Below are positions 52,637 through 57,762 of a DNA stretch of 57,762 bases, piece after piece. Within the stretch, counting starts at the first letter, position 1. Each line of letters starts with the position of its first letter. The stretch is from assembly GCA_963928645.1 (NCBI GenBank), contig CAWVGT010000109.1, forward strand, positions 1-57,762, written 5' to 3'. Made by a program: the position numbers and the translations under genes. The DNA comes from Candidatus Fimadaptatus sp. (GTDB taxonomy: Bacteria; Bacillota; Clostridia; Christensenellales; Aristaeellaceae). The notes beneath the pieces are model-generated. The model was not told where the DNA came from, searched no databases, and worked only from the letters and a program-made list of their open reading frames with translations.

Positions 52637-54429
52637 AGCTCAGACAGGAGATAGAGCAGAAGCACAAGTTCGGCGCGCTGTGGCAGCTGTTCAAGTACCT
52701 GTTCAGGTACAAGGGCATGTTCATGTGCGTGGCCGTGATAGTGATAGCGTCCAACCTGCTGGCACTGGTGATACCGCAGGTCACGGGCATAATAGTGGAC
52801 GCGCTCAACCTGGGCAAGGGCGCGATAGACTTCGACACCGTGCTCAGAAATGTGATATACATAGTGCTTATCGGCCTGGGCACATACGTGCTGAGCGTGC
52901 TGCAGGGCGTGCTGATGCTGCGCACCGCACAGAACGTGGTCGTGGACCTGCGCCACGACGTGTTCAGCAAGCTCAGCCGGCTGCCGGTCGGCTTCTTCGA
53001 CGGCAACACCAAGGGCAATATACTCGCGATACTGGTCGAGGACATCGACAACATCTCCGAGACCGTGTCCTCGGATGCGATAACGCTGCTGACCGGGTTT
53101 GTGACGCTGGTCGGCGCGATATGGATGATGCTGATGATATCGGCGCCGCTGACGCTGGTGTTCGTGGTCACGGTGCCGATAATGATAGTGGTCGCGGGCG
53201 TGGTCAAGAACAAGGCGCGCATACTGTTCCGCATAAAGAAGAACTGGTTCGGCCGGCTGTGCGGCTATGCCGAGGAGATGATAACCGCTCAAAAGACGAT
53301 CAAGGTCTACGGCATAGAGGACTACAACGAGCGCAAGTTCGACGAGATGAGCGAGTCGCTGCGCGTGAGCGGCTCCAAGGCCGAGTTCGTGTCCTCGACG
53401 ATGATGCCCCAGATGAACTTCATAAACAACCTGAACTACATAGGCATCTGCGCGTTCGGCGCGCTGCTGGCGGTGTCGGGCGGCATATCGATAGGCAATA
53501 TATCGACGTTCACGCTCTACGCCAAGAAGTTCTCCGCGCCCATAGTGGACACGGCCAACATAGTCAACATGCTGCAGGCGACGCTCGCGGCGTGCGACCG
53601 CGTGTTCAGCGTGCTCAACGCCGAACCTGAGCCCGATCAGCCGCTGCTGCCCGCGGCGGGCACGACCTTCCCCAAGCCGTCCGAGATACGGGGCGAGATA
53701 GAGTTCAAGCACGTGAACTTCGCGTACAACCCCGAGACCCCGGTGCTGGAGGACATATCGTTCACCGTAAAGCCGGGCGAGAAGGTCGCGATAGTCGGCG
53801 CGACCGGCTCGGGCAAGACCACGATAATCAGCCTGCTGATGCGCTTTTACGAGTGCACCGACGGCGAGATCACTATCGACGGCATCAACATACGCACGAT
53901 ACCGCTGGCCACGCTGCGCAGCTACCTGGCGCTGATACTGCAGGACAGCTGGCTGTTCGAGGACACCGTGCTCAACAACATATCCTACGCCGCGCCGCCC
54001 GAGCGCCGCTCGCCCGACAAGGTCAAGGAGCTGTGCCGCGACATAACCGTGGACGAGTTCATAAACACGCTGCCGCAGGGCTACGACACGATGCTGCGCG
54101 CCGACGCGGGCGGGCTGAGCCAGGGGCAGAAGCAGCTGATGAGCATAGCGCGCACGTTCCTGTGCGACCCGCCGGTGTTCATACTGGACGAGGCCACCTC
54201 GTCCGTCGACACGCTGACCGAGCGCCACATACAGCGCGTGACCGCGAACGTGACCCGCGGCAAGACCAGCATAATAATCGCGCACCGCCTGTCCACGATA
54301 CGCGGCGCGGACCGCATAATCGTCATGAAGGACGGCCGCATACGCGAGGTCGGCTCGCACGACGAGCTGCTGGCGCGCGGCGGCATGTACGCCAATCTCT
54401 ATCGCAGCCAGTTCGCCGAGATCGCGTGA
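52633..54429 (+). CDS. ABC exporter, fused permease/ATPase (partner half-transporter)
   Basis: 598 aa with Walker A GATGSGKTT, the signature LSQGQKQL, and Walker B FILDEATS. The ATGA start overlaps the preceding stop, so a heterodimeric exporter is likely. Confidence 0.9.
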   Translation: MKLRQEIEQKHKFGALWQLFKYLFRYKGMFMCVAVIVIASNLLALVIPQVTGIIVDALNLGKGAIDFDTVLRNVIYIVLIGLGTYVLSVLQGVLMLRTAQNVVVDLRHDVFSKLSRLPVGFFDGNTKGNILAILVEDIDNISETVSSDAITLLTGFVTLVGAIWMMLMISAPLTLVFVVTVPIMIVVAGVVKNKARILFRIKKNWFGRLCGYAEEMITAQKTIKVYGIEDYNERKFDEMSESLRVSGSKAEFVSSTMMPQMNFINNLNYIGICAFGALLAVSGGISIGNISTFTLYAKKFSAPIVDTANIVNMLQATLAACDRVFSVLNAEPEPDQPLLPAAGTTFPKPSEIRGEIEFKHVNFAYNPETPVLEDISFTVKPGEKVAIVGATGSGKTTIISLLMRFYECTDGEITIDGINIRTIPLATLRSYLALILQDSWLFEDTVLNNISYAAPPERRSPDKVKELCRDITVDEFINTLPQGYDTMLRADAGGLSQGQKQLMSIARTFLCDPPVFILDEATSSVDTLTERHIQRVTANVTRGKTSIIIAHRLSTIRGADRIIVMKDGRIREVGSHDELLARGGMYANLYRSQFAEIA

Positions 54430-54612
54430 CCGGCGCGCGCCGCCGCGGATGAGCTGATCTGCGGCGGCGCGGCGCGTCTGCGCGGCATTTAACGCGCGGC
54501 GGTTGAAAAACGCGGGGCGCGGTGGTATCATTATGTACATGGGAGCGCAGAGCCGGCCGGGCGCGCGGCGGCGCGTCGAACTGAGCCGGGGCGAAAGGAG
54601 TGCCGTATTGCC

Positions 54613-55569
54613 ATGGATATGATAAAGAAGATAGAGGCGCTGGGCATAGTGCCGGTGGTAAAGCTCAATCGGGCCGAGGACGCGGTGCCGCTGGCGCGGG
54701 CGCTGACGGCCGGCGGGCTGCCGGTGGCCGAGATAACGTTCCGCACCGACGCGGCCGAGGAGTCGATTAGGCGCATATCGGCCGAGCTGCCCGACATGCT
54801 GGTGGGCGCGGGCACGGTGCTGTCCATCGAGCAGGTCGACCGCGCGCTGGCCGCGGGCGCCAGGTTCATAGTCACGCCCGGGTTCAACCCGCGCGTGGTC
54901 AAGCACTGCCTGGAGCGCGGCGTGCCCGTGTTCCCGGGCTGCCCCACTACCAGCGACATCGAGCAGGCGCTCGAGCTGGGGCTGAAGGTCGTGAAGTTCT
55001 TCCCGGCCGAGCAGATGGGCGGGCTGGCCACGATCAAGGCCGTGTCGGCGCCGTATGGAGCGATGCGGTTCATGCCCACCGGCGGCGTAAACGAGCGCAA
55101 TCTGAACGATTACCTGGCCTCGGATAAGATAGTCGCATGCGGCGGCAGCTGGATGGTAAAGCCCGAGCTGATAGACGCGGGCGACTTTGCGGCGATAGAG
55201 GAGCTGACGCGCAGCGCGGTCAGGCACATGCTGGGCTTTGAGATACGGCATGTGGGCGTAAACTGCGCGGACGGCGCGGAGGCGCTGGCGGTGGCGCAGC
55301 GGTTCGCGCTGCTGTTCGGCTGGCCGGTCAGCGACGGCGCGGCGTCGGCGTTCGCGGGCACGGCGATAGAGGCGATGAAGGGCGCCGGCCGCGGTACGAA
55401 GGGCCACATAGCGGTCGCGACCAACAGCGTGGCGCGCGCGATGGCGCACCTGGAGGCGCTGGGCGTGCGCGTGGCCGAGGACTCGATCGCGTATAAGGGC
55501 GGCAAGCCCACGCTGGCGTACCTGGCCGAGGAGATCGGCGGGTTCGCGGTGCACCTGGTGCAGAAGTAA
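54613..55569 (+). CDS. eda: KDPG/KHG aldolase (Eda) with a C-terminal extension of about 105 aa (VOC/glyoxalase-like by appearance)
   Basis: The N-terminal 210 aa has VPVVKLNRAEDAVPLARAL...GLPVAEITFRT...GAGTVL...FIVTPG...VKFFPAE...PTGGV. The C-terminal part (IRHVGVNCADGAEA...GHIAVATNSVARA...FAVHLVQK) looks like a single VOC module. Confidence 0.85.
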   Translation: MDMIKKIEALGIVPVVKLNRAEDAVPLARALTAGGLPVAEITFRTDAAEESIRRISAELPDMLVGAGTVLSIEQVDRALAAGARFIVTPGFNPRVVKHCLERGVPVFPGCPTTSDIEQALELGLKVVKFFPAEQMGGLATIKAVSAPYGAMRFMPTGGVNERNLNDYLASDKIVACGGSWMVKPELIDAGDFAAIEELTRSAVRHMLGFEIRHVGVNCADGAEALAVAQRFALLFGWPVSDGAASAFAGTAIEAMKGAGRGTKGHIAVATNSVARAMAHLEALGVRVAEDSIAYKGGKPTLAYLAEEIGGFAVHLVQK

Positions 55570-55675
55570 ACCGAATATGTGAATAATGCGCCGCCGCGCG
55601 AGAGCCGGCGGCGCTTGGGCGCGCTGAGCGCGTCCGGGCGAAAGGAGCGCGCGGCGGCGGGTCGCGCGGGCGGAT

Positions 55676-56998
55676 ATGGATAAGTACGAGGCACTCAGGC
55701 GCTACTTTGGGTATGACAGCTTTCGGCCGGGCCAGGAGGCTATAATCGACGCGCTGATAGCGGGCCGCGACGTGCTGGCGGTCATGCCGACCGGCTCGGG
55801 CAAATCGCTGTGCTATCAGATACCGGCGATAGCGCGGCCGGGCATGGCGATAGTGATATCGCCGCTGGTGGCGCTGATGCGCGACCAGGTGGACGCGCTG
55901 CGCGCGGCGGGCGTGCCCAGCGCATATGTGAACGGCACGCTCACGCCGCGGCAGATCGAGCTGACGCTCAGGGGGGCGGCGCGCGGCGATTACAAGATAC
56001 TCTACGTCGCGCCGGAGCGGCTGATAAACCCGGCGTTCAAGCAGTTCATAAGCGGCGAGACGGCGGGGAAGCGCGGCGCGCCGAGCATAGGCGCGGTGAT
56101 AGTCGACGAGGCGCACTGCATATCGCTGTGGGGCAGCGCGTTCAGGCCCAGCTACCAGCGCATAGACGAGTTCATAGCGTCGCTGCCGGTGCGGCCGGTG
56201 ATAGGCGCGTTCACGGCCACGGCCACGGCAGCGGTGGCGCGAGACATAGAGCAGCTGCTGGGGCTGCGCGAGCCGCTGAAGGTTTCGACCGGGTTCGACC
56301 GGCCCAACCTGTACTTCGACGTGCGCGAGCCGGCCGACCGGCTGGCCGAGCTGAGCGAGCTGCTGCGCAAGCGGCGCGGCCAGTGCGGCGTGGTGTACTG
56401 CCTGACGCGCACGGCGGTCGACGAGGTCAGCGAGGCGCTGCGGCGGCAGGGCTTCAACGCGGGTCGCTACCACGCCGGCATGAGCAGCGACGATCGCGAG
56501 CGCTCGCAGCAGGACTTCATAAGCGGCAACGTGGACATAATCGTGGCGACGAACGCGTTCGGCATGGGCATAGACAAGCCGGACGTGAGGTTCGTGATAC
56601 ACTACAACATGCCCTTGAGCCTGGAGAGCTACTACCAGGAGGCCGGGCGCGCCGGCCGGGACGGCGAGAAGGCCGACTGCATACTGCTGTTCAGCGAGGC
56701 GGACATATCGGTGTGCAAGTGGCTGATATCGCATTCGGCGCTGGGCAGCGAGCTGACGCCGGAGCAGGCGGCCGAATTCAAGCGGCGAGAGCTGGAGAAG
56801 CTGGATCACATGGTGGCTTACTGCCGCACGCACGAGTGCCTGCGCCATGCGATACTGGAGTACTTCGGCCAGGATTCGGCGCCGGAGTGCGATTGGTGTT
56901 CGAACTGCATCCGCTATGCGCTGGTGCGCAAGCTGGGCAAGGGCGCGTTGACCCGGCTGGCGCAGCGCGCGAGGGAGAGCCGGGACAAGTCGCGCTAG
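55676..56998 (+). CDS. recQ: RecQ-family ATP-dependent DNA helicase (short form without HRDC)
   Basis: 440 aa with YFGYDSFRPGQEAII, MPTGSGKSLCYQIPA, the DEAHCIS box, ATNAFGMGIDKPDVRFVIHYNMP, YYQEAGRAGRDG and the Zn-finger Cys cluster CRHAILEYFG...CDWCSNC. Confidence 0.9.
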   Translation: MDKYEALRRYFGYDSFRPGQEAIIDALIAGRDVLAVMPTGSGKSLCYQIPAIARPGMAIVISPLVALMRDQVDALRAAGVPSAYVNGTLTPRQIELTLRGAARGDYKILYVAPERLINPAFKQFISGETAGKRGAPSIGAVIVDEAHCISLWGSAFRPSYQRIDEFIASLPVRPVIGAFTATATAAVARDIEQLLGLREPLKVSTGFDRPNLYFDVREPADRLAELSELLRKRRGQCGVVYCLTRTAVDEVSEALRRQGFNAGRYHAGMSSDDRERSQQDFISGNVDIIVATNAFGMGIDKPDVRFVIHYNMPLSLESYYQEAGRAGRDGEKADCILLFSEADISVCKWLISHSALGSELTPEQAAEFKRRELEKLDHMVAYCRTHECLRHAILEYFGQDSAPECDWCSNCIRYALVRKLGKGALTRLAQRARESRDKSR

Positions 56999-57589
56999 CG
57001 CTGCAAAGGGCGGCTGCGCTGCGGCGCCACTGGGTGTCGAGTGGGCGCGCCGCTGATGCGCAGGGCTTATTCTGTGTGTGCGCTTGGCAGCACAATGCAG
57101 GTTGGACGGAGTGAGATGGGGGCGCATCGAGCGAACGGCGAGATATGCCGCGTCTTTTGCGGATACACATGGATCTGTGCTCATGCCAGCTGACCCGGAT
57201 GGCGGGACAGTAGCGATATCGCTGCGGATCGATATGCGATACGCATACATCCACTGCGGTTGTCTGGTATAACTGGTGCCAGATAGTGCCTTGCCCAGAT
57301 GCCATTCAATAGATGCCCGTGCATCTGTGAAATGCGATTTCATTTTAGCGCTTCACTTAGCGGAAAGCAGATGATTCGTTACCATTCTCAGAGGTGATAT
57401 ACATGTTCCCCGAAATAAAGTCGCTGAACATGCGAAGGCTTTGCATCTCAGACTTCATGGGCAGTGAGTTGATTTATAGATTGTTGACGCAATAGAACCA
57501 TAACAAATGGCGTGCGAGTCGGGCTGCTAGGTTGCGTCTACACGAGGCAAGTGATATAATGGCACTATCACAGTAAAGAGGGTGACATC

Positions 57590-57762
57590 ATGGAGAAATC
57601 ACAGCATCGGCATGATATCAGCGACAAAGCGTGGGCGATTTTAGAGCCAATGCTACCGGGACAGCGAGGGCAATGGGGCGGAATCGCGGAGGACAACCGC
57701 AGATTTATCAACGGAGTGTTCTGGATTCTTCGCACCGGAGCGCCATGGCGTGATCTGCCGCC
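57590..57762 (+). mobile_element. 5' part of an IS5-family (IS4/5 DUF4096-type) transposase gene, truncated by the window end
   Basis: ATG 57590 lies behind AAAGAGGGTGA and a GATATAAT -10-like box. The translation MEKSQHRHDISDKAWAILEPMLPGQRGQWGGIAEDNRRFINGVFWILRTGAPWRDLP matches the conserved N-terminal module of IS5/IS1031/IS427-group transposases. The element ends cannot be located. Confidence 0.75.

Noticed and set aside
52573-57343. 993-aa (52573-55554) and 671-aa (55328-57343) minus-strand ORFs.
   Set aside because: They are antisense to the second ABC exporter gene, eda and recQ, all of which have clear motifs on the plus strand. The composition is typical of GC-rich shadow frames. The same reasoning applies to 72-1469, 6878-7957, 10409-11671, 17299-18750, 19686-20783, 20647-21753, 27897-29150, 29327-30568, 31174-32409, 35239-36399, 36224-38287, 47718-48866 and 50831-51904.
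57404-57496. 30-codon ORF (MFPEIKSLNMRRLCISDFMGSELIYRLLTQ) with a GAGGTGA SD-like sequence between recQ and the IS element.
   Set aside because: It is short, has no recognisable family, and lies in AT-richer sequence that is probably part of the IS flank or end. It is indistinguishable from chance.

Overview
This is a GC-rich chromosomal segment that looks like an anaerobic, endospore-forming Firmicute (Clostridia-type). Markers are sigG, a YlmC/YmxH sporulation protein, Rex, two [FeFe]-hydrogenase paralogs and a T-box leader. Most of the window is core metabolism rather than an accessory island. Left to right it holds: a URO-D/MtaA-like gene; a peptidase S51 gene divergent from lexA; a minus-strand block (Pro-rich membrane protein, HD-domain protein, PAT-type acetyltransferase); a 2-hydroxyacid dehydrogenase; pcp; and a GH29 fucosidase. 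Next comes an 8-gene aromatic amino-acid operon (aroF-tyrA-aroB-aroA-aroC-pheA-aroE/K-aroQ, about 8.1 kb), preceded by what I read as a Phe/Tyr-rich leader-peptide attenuator. After it come a second URO-D-like gene translationally coupled to a CobW-type GTPase; an AKR-esterase-AraC block; sigG and ymxH; an OmpR/PhoR-like two-component pair; an AKR-ferredoxin fusion; a CNNM/CorC gene with a long leader; and a DapA-family lyase. A rex / 2Fe-2S ferredoxin / PAS-containing sensory [FeFe]-hydrogenase / PP2C phosphatase / second [FeFe]-hydrogenase cluster follows. The rest is DUF2156 plus NUDIX, a T-box-controlled leuACDB operon, a GH-like gene divergent from a LacI regulator with two ABC exporter genes, eda, recQ, and the start of an IS5-family transposase cut by the window end. 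I found no rRNA, tRNA or CRISPR array. The non-coding space holds long degenerate tandem repeats (about 210 bp x3, about 333 bp x2) and duplicated GC-rich hairpins. The many very long ORFs antisense to real genes (up to 1294 aa) are codon-bias artefacts. All functional calls come from my recognition of family motifs in the translations. No database search was run, so family assignments need HMM/BLAST confirmation.
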